DNA of 64,000 nucleotides from an uncultured delta proteobacterium (GTDB lineage: Bacteria > Myxococcota > Myxococcia > Myxococcales > Anaeromyxobacteraceae): NCBI GenBank assembly GCA_963845515.1, contig CAWJSR010000022.1:13900-77899 (forward strand), in the 5' to 3' direction. Shown piece after piece: positions 34,561 through 44,445 of the stretch. The translations under genes and the position numbers were made by a program. The first letter of the stretch is position 1; each line of letters starts with the position of its first letter. Below the pieces are notes generated by a model, which was given only the letters and a program-made list of their open reading frames with translations, was not told the origin of the DNA and did not search any database.

Positions 34561-35253
34561 TCAGACCTCCACGTCCTCGGGCTCGGTCGACACGGCGGCC
34601 GGGACCTTCATCTTCTCCCGGTTGGCCACGATCAGGTTGAGGACCGAGACGGTGGTCTCGTTGATGTCCTCGATCATGTGCTGCGTGCGCCCCTGCAGGA
34701 GCGAGTACGCCACCAGCGCCGGGATCGCCGTGAGGAGACCGAACGCGGTGCAGTTCATCGCTTCCGAGATGGAGCTCGCGAGGATGGTCGCCTTGTCGGC
34801 CGGGTTCGCGTTGGCGACCGCGCCGAACGCGCTGATGAGGCCGACGATGGTGCCGAGGAGGCCGAGGAGGGTCGCGACGTTGCCGATCATCGCGAGGTAG
34901 CCGGTGCGCGCCTCGAGCTTGGGCGACTCGCGCAGCGTCGCCTCGTCCATGGCGGCCTGGACGTCGGACTCGCCCTTCGGCACGTTGATGAGCCCGGCCT
35001 TCACCACGGAGACGAGCGGCGTCTTCTTCTGGCTCGCGCAGAAGCTGATGGCCTTGTCGAGGTCACCCGCGAAGATGTGCTTCTTGAGGCCGCGGACGAA
35101 CGCCTCCTTGTCGAGCGCAGCCTTGAAATACAGGACGATCACGCGGTCGATGACCAGCGCGAGCGCGACGACGAGAGAGACGAGGATCGGGTGCATCATG
35201 AACCCGCCCTCGTGATAGTGCTTCGCAAGCGTCCCGAACATCGATTCGCCCAT
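34561..35253 (-). CDS. aglR: MotA/TolQ/ExbB proton-channel protein, AglR-like
   Basis: GLKKHIFAGDLDKAI, EARTGYLAMIGNVATLLGLLGTI and ISEAMNCTAFGL. Confidence 0.8.
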   Translation of the reverse strand: MGESMFGTLAKHYHEGGFMMHPILVSLVVALALVIDRVIVLYFKAALDKEAFVRGLKKHIFAGDLDKAISFCASQKKTPLVSVVKAGLINVPKGESDVQAAMDEATLRESPKLEARTGYLAMIGNVATLLGLLGTIVGLISAFGAVANANPADKATILASSISEAMNCTAFGLLTAIPALVAYSLLQGRTQHMIEDINETTVSVLNLIVANREKMKVPAAVSTEPEDVEV

Positions 35254-35382
35254 GGCCTGGTGACCTCCGGAGAGCCCCGCAGTGCGCCCTGGTAGTCAGG
35301 CTGCGCACTTCCATGAAAACACTGCCGAAGCGATCCCGTACCACGGGGTTTCCGCGCGCGTCAACGAAGCGCTCGCCGCGGA

Positions 35383-36186
35383 TCAGCCTGCGGCGGGCAG
35401 GCGCACGGTGAAAATACTTCCTTTCCCCCGCTCACTCGTGAACGTGAGCGTCCCCCCGTGACGCGCCACGATGCCTGCGGCGATCGGCAGGCCGAGCCCG
35501 GTCCCCTTCCCGCCGGGCTGCGTCGTGAAGAACGGCTCCATGCAGCGCGCCGCGACCTCGGGCGCCATGCCGGCGCCCGTGTCCTCGACCCGGATCACCG
35601 CGACGCCCGCGTCGTCGCCGACGCTGATGTCGATGGTGCCGCCACCGCGGATCGCCTCCGCCGCGTTCGTGATGAGGTTGACCAGCACCTGCTCGAGCGA
35701 CGCCCTGTTCCCGGCGACGGGTGGCGGGTTCTCCACCCGGTTCACCAGCGAGGCGTCCGCCTCCTTGAGCGCGGGCTTGCAGAGCCGCGCCGCCTTCTCC
35801 ACCAGCTCGCGCAGATCGATCGGCTCCCGCCGATCCGCGCCTGGGCGCGCGTACGAGGTGAGGTCGCGCATGAAGCGCTGCACGCGGACCGCCGCGTCGG
35901 CGATCGCCTTGAGCTTGTCCACCTCGGCGGCGAGCGGGCCGCCGAGCCGCGCCTCGTCGAGCATCATCTCCGTGTACATGGTGACCACGGTGAGCGGGTT
36001 GTTGAGCTCGTGGACCACTCCGGCCGCGAGCCGTCCCAGCCCCGCGAAGCGCTGCACCCGCTCCTCGAAGGCCGCGACGTCGACCGCCAGCCTCGCCAGC
36101 GCTCCGGCCAGCTCCGCGTCCCCGCGGGCCTGCGCGCACACCCGGGCCGCCTCGATGGTCCGCCAGATGTCGTCATCCGCCTTCAT
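35383..36186 (-). CDS. Cytoplasmic histidine kinase with no evident sensor domain (267 aa)
   Basis: H-box GVVHELNNPL, N-box QVLVNLITNA, DTGAG, PFFTT and GTGLGL. ATG at 36186 lies 20 bp after cheC. Confidence 0.9.
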   Translation of the reverse strand: MKADDDIWRTIEAARVCAQARGDAELAGALARLAVDVAAFEERVQRFAGLGRLAAGVVHELNNPLTVVTMYTEMMLDEARLGGPLAAEVDKLKAIADAAVRVQRFMRDLTSYARPGADRREPIDLRELVEKAARLCKPALKEADASLVNRVENPPPVAGNRASLEQVLVNLITNAAEAIRGGGTIDISVGDDAGVAVIRVEDTGAGMAPEVAARCMEPFFTTQPGGKGTGLGLPIAAGIVARHGGTLTFTSERGKGSIFTVRLPAAG

Positions 36187-36206
36187 CGTCCCCCCCCTCG
36201 CGTTCT

Positions 36207-36809
36207 TCACTGCGGAGCCAGGTCGAGGTGCGCGAGCAGCTTCGCGATCCGCTCCGGCTCCGGCATCACCAGGATCAGCCCCTCGAGCGCGGCCCCCGCC
36301 TCGCCGCACGTGAAGCGGGTCGCCAGCGCCACCGAGCCGGCGTGATCAACCAGCCGCTCGACGCACGCCTTTCCGCTGCCCTGCGCGAAGGTCGGGACGG
36401 AGAGCAGGAGCTTCTCGCCCACCATCGTCCCGACCGCCGACACGAAGGCGCTCCCGACGATGTTGCCCGACTCCATCAGGGCGCTCTCCGCCATCCCCTC
36501 CCACCTGCCGGCGGTCGGGAACCCGAGCATCGCGGCGAGCTTCTCCGCGTCCGGCTCGGGGAGCGCCAGCACCAGGTTTCCGGTCAGGGCCCCCTCCAGC
36601 CGCACGCCGACCGCCACGAGGTCCTGCCCCATCGAGCCCAGGAAGTTGGCGATCGCCCCCTCGTCGGCGCCGAACCAGGCCTCCGGCACGTCCATGTCGA
36701 TGCGGCGGCCGGCGAGCTTGCCGAGGGCGCTGATGGCCTGGCCGCACCCGACGCTCGCCAGCTCCTGGAGCGCGTCCACCTCCTGGCGGCTGAACTCGGT
36801 GGCGTTCAT
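36207..36809 (-). CDS. cheC: CheC-family phosphatase (DifG-like)
   Basis: DALQELASVG and SALMESGNI motifs. Confidence 0.88.
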   Translation of the reverse strand: MNATEFSRQEVDALQELASVGCGQAISALGKLAGRRIDMDVPEAWFGADEGAIANFLGSMGQDLVAVGVRLEGALTGNLVLALPEPDAEKLAAMLGFPTAGRWEGMAESALMESGNIVGSAFVSAVGTMVGEKLLLSVPTFAQGSGKACVERLVDHAGSVALATRFTCGEAGAALEGLILVMPEPERIAKLLAHLDLAPQ

Positions 36810-38822
36810 GCTACGAGCAGCCTCGAGACATCCAGGATGAAGACCGGCCGCCCGTTGCCGAGGACGGTCACCGCGGAGAGGCCGTGGACGGCGTCCAGCG
36901 GCGAGGAGAGCGGCTTGAGCACCGCCTCCTGCTGGCCGAGGAGCCCGTCGACGGCGAGCCCGACGCGGCCGACGTCGCCTCCCTCCGCGATCACCACGGC
37001 CCGCTCGTCACGGCCCGGATCCGACTCGAACCCCAGGAGGCGGCCGAGATCGCGCACGGGGATCAGCTCGCCCGCCCAGGAGAAGACCGGCTCGCCCTGC
37101 GTCCGGTCGAGCCGCGAGAGCTCCACCTGCGCCGCCCCGTGCACCTTGGCGATGGGGAGGCCGAGCACCTCGTCGGCGACGCGGACGAGCAGGACCTGCT
37201 GCACCGCCACCGTGAGCGGAAGGCGGAAGGTGAAGCGGCTCCCGGCGCCGGGGATGCTGTCTATCTCGAGCGTCCCGCCGAGCGACTCCACCACACGCTT
37301 CACCACGTCGAGCCCGACCCCTCGCCCGGACACGTCGGTCACCGTCTCCGCGGTCGACAGGCCTGGCAGGCAGGCGAGCTGGAGCGCCTCGCGGTCCGTC
37401 AGGGCCGCCGCCTGCGCCTCGGAGAGGGCGCCGCGCGCCATCGCGGCCTGCCGGAGCTTGAGCGGCTCCATCCCGCGGCCGTCGTCGGAGATCTCGAGGA
37501 TGACGCGGTCGCGCTCGCGCTTCGCGTGCACCGCCACCAACCCGGCGGGCGGCTTGCCGGCGAGCTGCCGGAGGTGCGACGGCTCGATCCCGTGGTCGAC
37601 CGCGTTCCGGATCAGGTGGGTCAGCGGATCGCCCAGCTCCTCGAGGATCGCGCGGTCGATCTCGATCTCCGCGCCGGTCACCACCACCTCGACGAGCTTG
37701 CCGACCTTGCGCGCTATGTCCCGCGCCGAGCGCGGGAGCCGCTCGGTGACCGTCGCGAGCGGCGTCATGCGGACCGTCATCACCTTGTCGTGCAGGTCCT
37801 TCACGACGGCGTGGAGCCGGTCGACGCCGTCCTCCAGCGCTGGGCGCACCTGCGCAGGCAGCGTGCGGCCGACCTCGCGGATGCGCGCGGTGGCGAGGAT
37901 CAGCTCGCCGACCGTGTCCAGGAAGTAGTCGAGGAGGTCCGTCTTGACGCGGACGGTCCGCGACCCCTCGGCGGCCGGGGGCGCGTCCCTCGGGGCCGGC
38001 GGCGCGGCCGGCAGCGGGGCGACGCGCTCGGCCTCCCCCTCCGTCACGCTGACCGCGGCCAGGTCGGAGATCTGCGCGAGGGCCCGCTGGATCGCCGGCA
38101 GCGGCTCGGCGGTCTGCAGCGTCACCACGAGCCGCTTGCCGGGGATGCGGCCGGCCTTCAGCTCGTCGACCGACGGGGCGGCCCGCTCCACCGCGCCGAG
38201 CGCGGCCAGCTTCTTCACCACCAGGAAGCCACGGACCGCCGGGACCGGGCAACGCCGGGACGATCTCGACCTCGACGCGGACCGGGCGCGCGACCCGCCC
38301 GGCCGGCGCGGCCGGCGGCATGACGTGGGACGGCGCCGGCGCGGCGGCAGCGGCGGGGCGAACGGGCTCCGGCGACTCCGCCGCCGCTGGCTGGACGTCG
38401 GCGCCCCGGGTCCCGGTGGGATCGCTGGCGCGCCGGGCGGCGTCGGCGAGCCGCGCCTCGAGCTCCGGGCGTGGGGCCGGCTTCGCCCCGGACGCCGACT
38501 CGGCCACCATGTCCTGCAGCTCGTCGCAGGCGTCGAAGAGGACGTCGAGCACCCAGGGCTCGAACCGCTTGCCCCCCCTGCGGAAGACGTCGACGAGGTC
38601 CTCCGCCCTGTGCGCGAGCGCTGCGGTCGCCTCGAGCGCCATCGACGCGCTCATTCCCTTCACGCTGTGGGCGTGGCGGAAGAGGCTGTCGACCACCGAG
38701 CGGGAGTCCCCCTCGCCGGAGTTCGCCTTCTCCAGCTTCACGAGGTCGGACGAGAACGCGGCGAGGTGCTCGGCGGCCTCGGCGAGGTAGAGGGTCAGGT
38801 ACTTCTGGAGATCTAGCGCCAC
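36806..38822 (-). CDS. cheA: Chemotaxis histidine kinase CheA (DifE-like), frameshift near 38255
   Basis: Hpt LFRHAHSVKGMS, LTHLIRNAVDHGIE, DDGRG, SGRGVGLDVV and a C-terminal CheW domain. Confidence 0.93.
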
Positions 38823-38844
38823 GGCGACGATCCGGGCGCGGGGG

Positions 38845-39213
38845 TCAGACTTCGCCCAGCACCTTCTTCACGACGGAGAGCACGTCCTCGGCCTTGAACG
38901 GCTTCACGATGAAGTCGCTCGCACCGGCCTCGATCGCCTCCATCACGAGCGACTCCTGCCCCAGCGCGCTGCACATCACGATCACGGCCTTGCCATCGCT
39001 CTTGATGATCTCGCGAGTGGCCTCGATGCCGCTCTTGAAGGGCATCACGATGTCCATCGTCGTGAGGTCGGGCTTCAGCTCCCTGTACTTCTCGACGGCC
39101 TCGAGGCCGTTCGCCGCCTCTCCCACCACCGTGAAGCCGGAGCCGGAGAAGATGTCCTTGATCATGTTCCGCATGAAGATCGCGTCGTCCACGATGAGGA
39201 CTCGCTTCGCCAT
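38845..39213 (-). CDS. cheY: Single-domain response regulator CheY (DifD-like)
   Basis: VLIVDDAIFMR, PDLTTMDIVMP and DFIVKPF. Confidence 0.95.
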   Translation of the reverse strand: MAKRVLIVDDAIFMRNMIKDIFSGSGFTVVGEAANGLEAVEKYRELKPDLTTMDIVMPFKSGIEATREIIKSDGKAVIVMCSALGQESLVMEAIEAGASDFIVKPFKAEDVLSVVKKVLGEV

Positions 39214-39316
39214 ATTGCCTCGGCTCCCTCCCGGCGGTGCGCGACCTCTGCGCCGCCGACGAACGTGAAAAGTACCACCCCTATCGGCGAACGGACAAGG
39301 AACCGGACCGGCTGCC

Positions 39317-39772
39317 TCAGCCGCCGCTCCCGAACAGCCCGTCCGCCACCTCCGCGAGGCCGTCGGGGGCGAGGATCGAGACCGCGACCCCCTTGACCAC
39401 CACGACCCCGCGCACGACGCGGTCGTCGCCCGGTGGGGGCACGATGACCGGCTCGACCCCGATCACCTGCCCGATCAGGAAGCCCAGGCTGCGCTTCTCG
39501 CGCTCCAGCACCAGCACCTGTCCCTGCCCACCGGCGAGCGCCTGTGGCGGGAGCCCCACGAGCGGCGCCAGATCGACGACCGGCAGGACGCGGCCGCGCA
39601 GGTTCATGACGCCGCGGACCGCCTCGGACACGCGGGGCACCCGCGCGAACGGCGGCTGCGGCACCACGACCTCGCGCACCGTCCCCAGCGGCAGCGCGTA
39701 CCGCTCGCCCGCCACGCGGAAGACGACGTACCGGACTGGGTCCGCGCCGGCCGCGGCCGCGGGCTCGGCCAT
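39317..39772 (-). CDS. cheW: CheW coupling protein (DifC-like)
   Basis: YVVFRVAGERYAL and VRGVMNLRGRVLPVVDL. The ATG overlaps the MCP stop. Confidence 0.92.
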   Translation of the reverse strand: MAEPAAAAGADPVRYVVFRVAGERYALPLGTVREVVVPQPPFARVPRVSEAVRGVMNLRGRVLPVVDLAPLVGLPPQALAGGQGQVLVLEREKRSLGFLIGQVIGVEPVIVPPPGDDRVVRGVVVVKGVAVSILAPDGLAEVADGLFGSGG

Positions 39773-41091
39773 CACCCCTGGCCGAGGCGGAAGCGGGAGA
39801 CGACGGTCTGCAGCTCGACCGACAGGTTGGTGAGCTCCTGCGCCGCGCTCGCCATCTGCGCGACCGCGGCGGTCTGCTCGGCGGTGACCTTGCGGACCTG
39901 CTCGGTGGAGGTCGCGTTGGAGGTGGCGACGTCCGAGATGTGATCCATCGCCGAGACCATGTCGGCCGAGCCCTTGAGCTGCTCCCGGGCGGCCTGCGAG
40001 ATCACCCGCACCTTGGCGGCGCCGGTGGCGGCGATCTGGGCGATGTCGGCGAGGGCCCGGATGATGGCGTTCAGGTCCTCGCGCCCCTCCCCCAGCTCGG
40101 CCACCGACTCCTTCATCGTCTCGACGACGGTGGCGGCGCGGCTCGAGATGTCGGCGGCGAGGCCGCTGATCTGCTCCGCGGACCGGCCCGAGCTCTCGGC
40201 GAGCTTGCGCACCTCCTCTGCGACGACGGCGAAGCCGCGGCCGTACTCGCCGGCGCGGGCTGCCTCGATGGTCGCGTTGAGCGCGAGGAGGTTGGTCTGG
40301 TTCGCCACGCGGGTGATCGCCTCGACGATCTTGGAGATCTCCTTGGTCCGCTCGCCGAAGGCGAAGATCTGCTCGCTCGCGGCCTCGATGCGCGCGAAGA
40401 CCTTCTTCACCTTCTCGCCGGTGAGGCGCGCCGCCTCGCCGCCGCTCGCGGCGGACGAGGAGGTCTCGGTGGAGGCCCGGGCGGCCTCCTCCGCAGAGGA
40501 GGCCGTCCGCTCGATCGAGGCGGCGATGTCCCCGATGACCTTGGAGGTGCGCTCGACGAGCTCCGACTGCTGGCCGGCGCCCACGGCGATCTTCTCCATC
40601 GAGCGCGCCACCTCGTCGGTGGAGGAGTTCACCTCCTCGGCCGAGGCCTGCAGGTCGTTCGCGCTCTCGGAGACGGAGGACGCGGTCCGCTGGATCCGGG
40701 AGACCAGGTCGCGCAGGTTCTCCTGCATCGTCCGGATCGCCTCGGTCAGGTCGTCGATCTCGTCGTGGAAGCCGCGCTGCTCCTCGGAGTGGACGCTCTT
40801 GGAGAGGTCGCCGGCGCTGATCTCCGCGGCGCTCTCCTTCAGCCGTGCGAGGCGCGAGACGCGGGCCAGCGAGATGGTGAGCAGCCACCCGATCCCGAGG
40901 GTGCAGAAGAAGAGGACGACCCCCTCGGCCCACGCGTTGTCGAGCCGCCCCTTCACGAAGGGGATGAGCGCGAGGAGCGCGCCGCCGAGGATCAGGTAGG
41001 AGCCGAGGATCTTGGTCTGGAGCGAGATGTTGAACGTCCGCCGCCACGGCGCCGGCGGCCGGATCCCCTCGGAGACCGCGCGCCCCCGCAT
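39772..41091 (-). CDS. Methyl-accepting chemotaxis protein with two closely spaced TMs and a HAMP domain (DifA-like)
   Basis: Two TMs separated by ~10 aa, HAMP (ISAGDL..DEIDDL) and [34 protein letters not shown]. The start codon is uncertain. Confidence 0.92.
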   Translation of the reverse strand: MRGRAVSEGIRPPAPWRRTFNISLQTKILGSYLILGGALLALIPFVKGRLDNAWAEGVVLFFCTLGIGWLLTISLARVSRLARLKESAAEISAGDLSKSVHSEEQRGFHDEIDDLTEAIRTMQENLRDLVSRIQRTASSVSESANDLQASAEEVNSSTDEVARSMEKIAVGAGQQSELVERTSKVIGDIAASIERTASSAEEAARASTETSSSAASGGEAARLTGEKVKKVFARIEAASEQIFAFGERTKEISKIVEAITRVANQTNLLALNATIEAARAGEYGRGFAVVAEEVRKLAESSGRSAEQISGLAADISSRAATVVETMKESVAELGEGREDLNAIIRALADIAQIAATGAAKVRVISQAAREQLKGSADMVSAMDHISDVATSNATSTEQVRKVTAEQTAAVAQMASAAQELTNLSVELQTVVSRFRLGQG

Positions 41092-41141
41092 CGCCACGAG
41101 GTGGGGCGCGTCCTGCCATCGCGCGGACGGCCGGGTGGACG

Positions 41142-42200
41142 TCAGGCGGTCGTCTCGAGACACGTTGTGAGGCTCCCTTCGTCTGCGCCCTCGAAGCTCA
41201 GGGCAGGATGGATCCTGATGAGCGCCCGCTGGTTTGTCAAAACGCCGGGCCGGCCGCGGGCGAGGTGGTCGTGCCCTGGGCGGTACGGATGGAGCTTCCC
41301 GGAGCACTCGACCACCTGCACGCCGGCGCCCGGCAGGATCGACCCGATCAGCGCCAGCGGGGTCGCCGCACCGGCGGCGGCCCGGAGCGCCGCCGCGACC
41401 TTCCGGACCGGGACGGTCACGCAGAGCTCGTAGTCCTCGCCGCCCGAGAGCGCGGCCGCCCAGGGGTCGGCGGCGCGCCGCGTGGCGCGGCGGTAGGCGG
41501 GCGAGAGCGGCAGCTCCTCCAGCCTCACGCTCGCGGCCACCCCAGAGGCGGCGCACAGGTGGCCCAGATCCTGGACGAGCCCGTCCGAGACGTCGATCGC
41601 GGCGCTCGCGATGCCGCGCAGCGCGCGGCCGAGGTCCAGCCGCGGCGAGGGACGTCGCTGGCGCCGCGCGAGCGCAGCCGGCGCGCCCCTCCGCAGCCCC
41701 AGCGCCGCGTCGCCGACCGTGCCGGAGAGCAGGATCGCGTCGCCGACCCGCGCGCCGTCGCGCCGCAGCGGCGCGGCCGTGCTCCCGACCACCGTGACGG
41801 TGAGGGAGAGCTGCCGCGCGCGCGTGACGTTGCCGCCGACCACCGCCAGGCCGTGGCGGCGCGCGCAGGACCCGAGCCCGCGCGCGATCCCGGCCACCCG
41901 CGCCGGGCTGGTGCCGCGCGGGAGGGCGAGCGCCACGAGGGCCCAGAGCGGCCGCGCACCCATCGCGGCGAGGTCGGACAGGTTGACCGCGAGCGCCTTC
42001 CACCCGACGTCGGCCGCCGAGAAGCGCCGGTCGAAGTGGACGCCCTCGAAGACGGCGTCGGCCGTCGCGACGAGCTGCTCGCCACGCGGCGGCGCCAGGA
42101 TCGCGGCGTCGTCGCCGACGCCGAGGATCACCCCCTCGCCACGCAGCGGCAGCGCGCGCGTGAAGAGCTCGATGAGCTCGAATTCTCCGGGCGTCTTCAC
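41142..42200 (-). CDS. thiL: Thiamine-monophosphate kinase
   Basis: [32 protein letters not shown] and GGEDYEL. The tail after GHDH may be an indel-caused extension, with an alternative stop near 41237. Confidence 0.93.
   Translation of the reverse strand: MKTPGEFELIELFTRALPLRGEGVILGVGDDAAILAPPRGEQLVATADAVFEGVHFDRRFSAADVGWKALAVNLSDLAAMGARPLWALVALALPRGTSPARVAGIARGLGSCARRHGLAVVGGNVTRARQLSLTVTVVGSTAAPLRRDGARVGDAILLSGTVGDAALGLRRGAPAALARRQRRPSPRLDLGRALRGIASAAIDVSDGLVQDLGHLCAASGVAASVRLEELPLSPAYRRATRRAADPWAAALSGGEDYELCVTVPVRKVAAALRAAAGAATPLALIGSILPGAGVQVVECSGKLHPYRPGHDHLARGRPGVLTNQRALIRIHPALSFEGADEGSLTTCLETTA
41212..41240 (-). promoter_or_regulatory. Possible promoter of the chemosensory operon, TTGACA-N17-CAGGAT
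   Basis: Perfect -35 at 41240-41235 and an imperfect -10 at 41217-41212. Confidence 0.4.
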
Positions 42201-42202
42201 GG

Positions 42203-43600
42203 TCAGCCGCGCGAGCTCGCGACGGGCGGCAGGCCGGGCGCCGGGGTGACGGCGGGCACCAGCACCGGGCGGAGCGGCAGGGTGAGCGTGAAGATCGACC
42301 CGCCGCCGGCGCGCTCGGCGACCGAGACCTGGCCGCCGTGCGCCTCGATGAAGCTCTTGACGATGGCGAGCCCCAGCCCGGCCCCCCCGTACTCGCGGGT
42401 CGACGAGCCGTCCACCTGGTAGAAGACGTCGAAGACCCGCTCGCGGTGCTCGGGCAGGATCCCGATCCCGGTGTCCTGGACGTGGAGGGCGAGCTGGCCG
42501 CCCGGCGCCGGGGTGGCGTTGACCGTGATGGTCCCCCCGGCCGGCGTGAACTTCACCGCGTTCTGGCAGAGGTTCACCAGGCACTGGCGGAGCTTCTCGC
42601 GGTCGCACTGGAGCCGGGGGAGGTCGCCCGGCTCGCACGACACGCGGATCCCCTTCTTGCGCGCGAGCGGCAGGACCGTCGCGACCGCGTCACGCATCAG
42701 CTGCGCGGGGTCGGCCTCGGCGATGATGAGCCGCACGCGCCCCGCCTCGATCTTGGAGATGTCGAGGATGGAGGTGATGAGCTGGAGGAGGTTCTCCCCC
42801 TTCTCCATGATGATGCCCAGGTACTCCTTCTGCTCGCCGGTGAGCGGCCCCCCGAGCCCCTCCAGCATCATCTCCGAGTAGCCGATGACGCTCGTGAGCG
42901 GCGTCCGCAGCTCGTGGCTCATCGTCGCGAGGAAGTTGGACTTCAGCCTGTCCAGCTCCTTGAGCCGCGCGAAGCTGTCCTCGAGCTGGTGGTTCTTCTC
43001 CTGGAGGGAGCGGTAGTCCTCCTGGACCGCCTCGATGTGGAGCCGCGCGGTGATGAGCGCCTTGTGGCCGGTGAAGACCATCACCTCGACGAGGTCGCCG
43101 AAGTGCTTGACGATCTTCTCGGCGGTGGCGCGCGAGGCGCGCCGGATCTTCTGCGCGTACCCCTCCGCCAGCTTCACGTCGAAGTCGGGGGAGATGGCCG
43201 CCAGCTCCCGGGGCATCGCCTTCAGCTCCTCGGGGAGGAACGGGCCGAAGACGATCCGGCCGATCGAGTCCCCCTCGTACAGGACGGGCTGGGCCAGGTA
43301 GCGGCAGCCGGAGAAGCAGTCGATCACCTGCTGGACGTGCTCCTCGGGGAGCGGATCGTTCTTCACGCGGCCGACCGTGGCCATGCACTGCTCGCGGCCG
43401 GCGCTCTTCGTCCAGATGTAGCCGCAGAAGTCCGCGTTGCCGACCTTCACGTCGACGAGCTTGTTCCCGTCGGCGTCGAAGACCTTCAGCCCGACCCGGT
43501 AGAGCTCCACGAACGACTGGCACACCTCGGCGAAGGCCCGCAGGTCGAGCAGATCCCCCAGGGGGATCTTCGCCTGGAGCACCGAGGAGGGGAGGCTCAC
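42203..43600 (-). CDS. Cytoplasmic histidine kinase with PocR-like N-terminal sensor
   Basis: GTG overlaps the GTPase stop. Cys pattern [40 protein letters not shown] and GAGLGL. Confidence 0.88.
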   Translation of the reverse strand: MSLPSSVLQAKIPLGDLLDLRAFAEVCQSFVELYRVGLKVFDADGNKLVDVKVGNADFCGYIWTKSAGREQCMATVGRVKNDPLPEEHVQQVIDCFSGCRYLAQPVLYEGDSIGRIVFGPFLPEELKAMPRELAAISPDFDVKLAEGYAQKIRRASRATAEKIVKHFGDLVEVMVFTGHKALITARLHIEAVQEDYRSLQEKNHQLEDSFARLKELDRLKSNFLATMSHELRTPLTSVIGYSEMMLEGLGGPLTGEQKEYLGIIMEKGENLLQLITSILDISKIEAGRVRLIIAEADPAQLMRDAVATVLPLARKKGIRVSCEPGDLPRLQCDREKLRQCLVNLCQNAVKFTPAGGTITVNATPAPGGQLALHVQDTGIGILPEHRERVFDVFYQVDGSSTREYGGAGLGLAIVKSFIEAHGGQVSVAERAGGGSIFTLTLPLRPVLVPAVTPAPGLPPVASSRG

Positions 43601-44298
43601 GCGGCTGGCCCCTGGGAGGGCGTGGTGGGGAGCCTGGTGCCGCGGACGTCGACGCTCGAGAAGACCTTGCCGAGGAACTCGCGCTCGGAGATGCCCCACT
43701 TCTGGTGGAGCCCTATCGACCGGTCCACGCTCCTGAAGGCGAGCTGGAGCAGCGCGTAGAGCGTCTCGACCACGCCCTCGGCGCGGATGGCGACCGCTGG
43801 GACCACCGGCGGGCGGACGAGCGTCCTGAGGTCGCCGAGCTCCCCCTCTCCGCGCGCGTCCGGGAGGTCCATCTTGTTGAGCTGGATGACGATGGGCAGG
43901 GTTCGCCAGTCGAGCCCGTTCGCCTCCATGTTCTGGAGCATGTTGTTCCAGTAGGCGAGCGTCGCCTCCGCCTCGGAGCGGCGGCAGTCGGCGACGAAGA
44001 CCACGGCGTCGGTCCCCTGCAGCACGATCCGCCGGGTCGACTCGTGCATCACCTGGCCCGGCACGGTGAAGAGCTTCAGCTTCACCTTGACGCCCGACTG
44101 CGTCTTGAAGAACACGGGCATCATGTCGAAGAAGAGCGTCCGGTCGTCCTTGGTGTCGAGCGACATGAGCCGCCCACGCACCGCGGGATCGATCTTCTGG
44201 AACAGCGCCTGGAGGTTGGTCGTCTTCCCCGACAGCGCAGGGCCGTAGTACACGACCTTGATCGTGATTTCGCGCGATTCCGGGTTGAATTGGACCAT
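43597..44298 (-). CDS. sofG: MglA-family small Ras-like GTPase (SofG-like)
   Basis: IKVVYYGPALSGKTTN, DRTLFFD, TVPGQ and NKMDLP. No adjacent mglB, and the position next to a dif-like locus matches recalled M. xanthus synteny. Confidence 0.75.
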   Translation of the reverse strand: MVQFNPESREITIKVVYYGPALSGKTTNLQALFQKIDPAVRGRLMSLDTKDDRTLFFDMMPVFFKTQSGVKVKLKLFTVPGQVMHESTRRIVLQGTDAVVFVADCRRSEAEATLAYWNNMLQNMEANGLDWRTLPIVIQLNKMDLPDARGEGELGDLRTLVRPPVVPAVAIRAEGVVETLYALLQLAFRSVDRSIGLHQKWGISEREFLGKVFSSVDVRGTRLPTTPSQGPAA

Positions 44299-44445
44299 GC
44301 TTGGGGTTCCCGACGAAGTCTATGCATGCCCCGATGAGTTGATCCAGCACGCGGGCGTGGGACACCCGGTCGTTCCGGCCGTCCGGTTGGAGGTCTGGCC
44401 ACCTTCGTCTACACTCCCCTCCGGGGGAAGGAGCGGAAACCGTCG

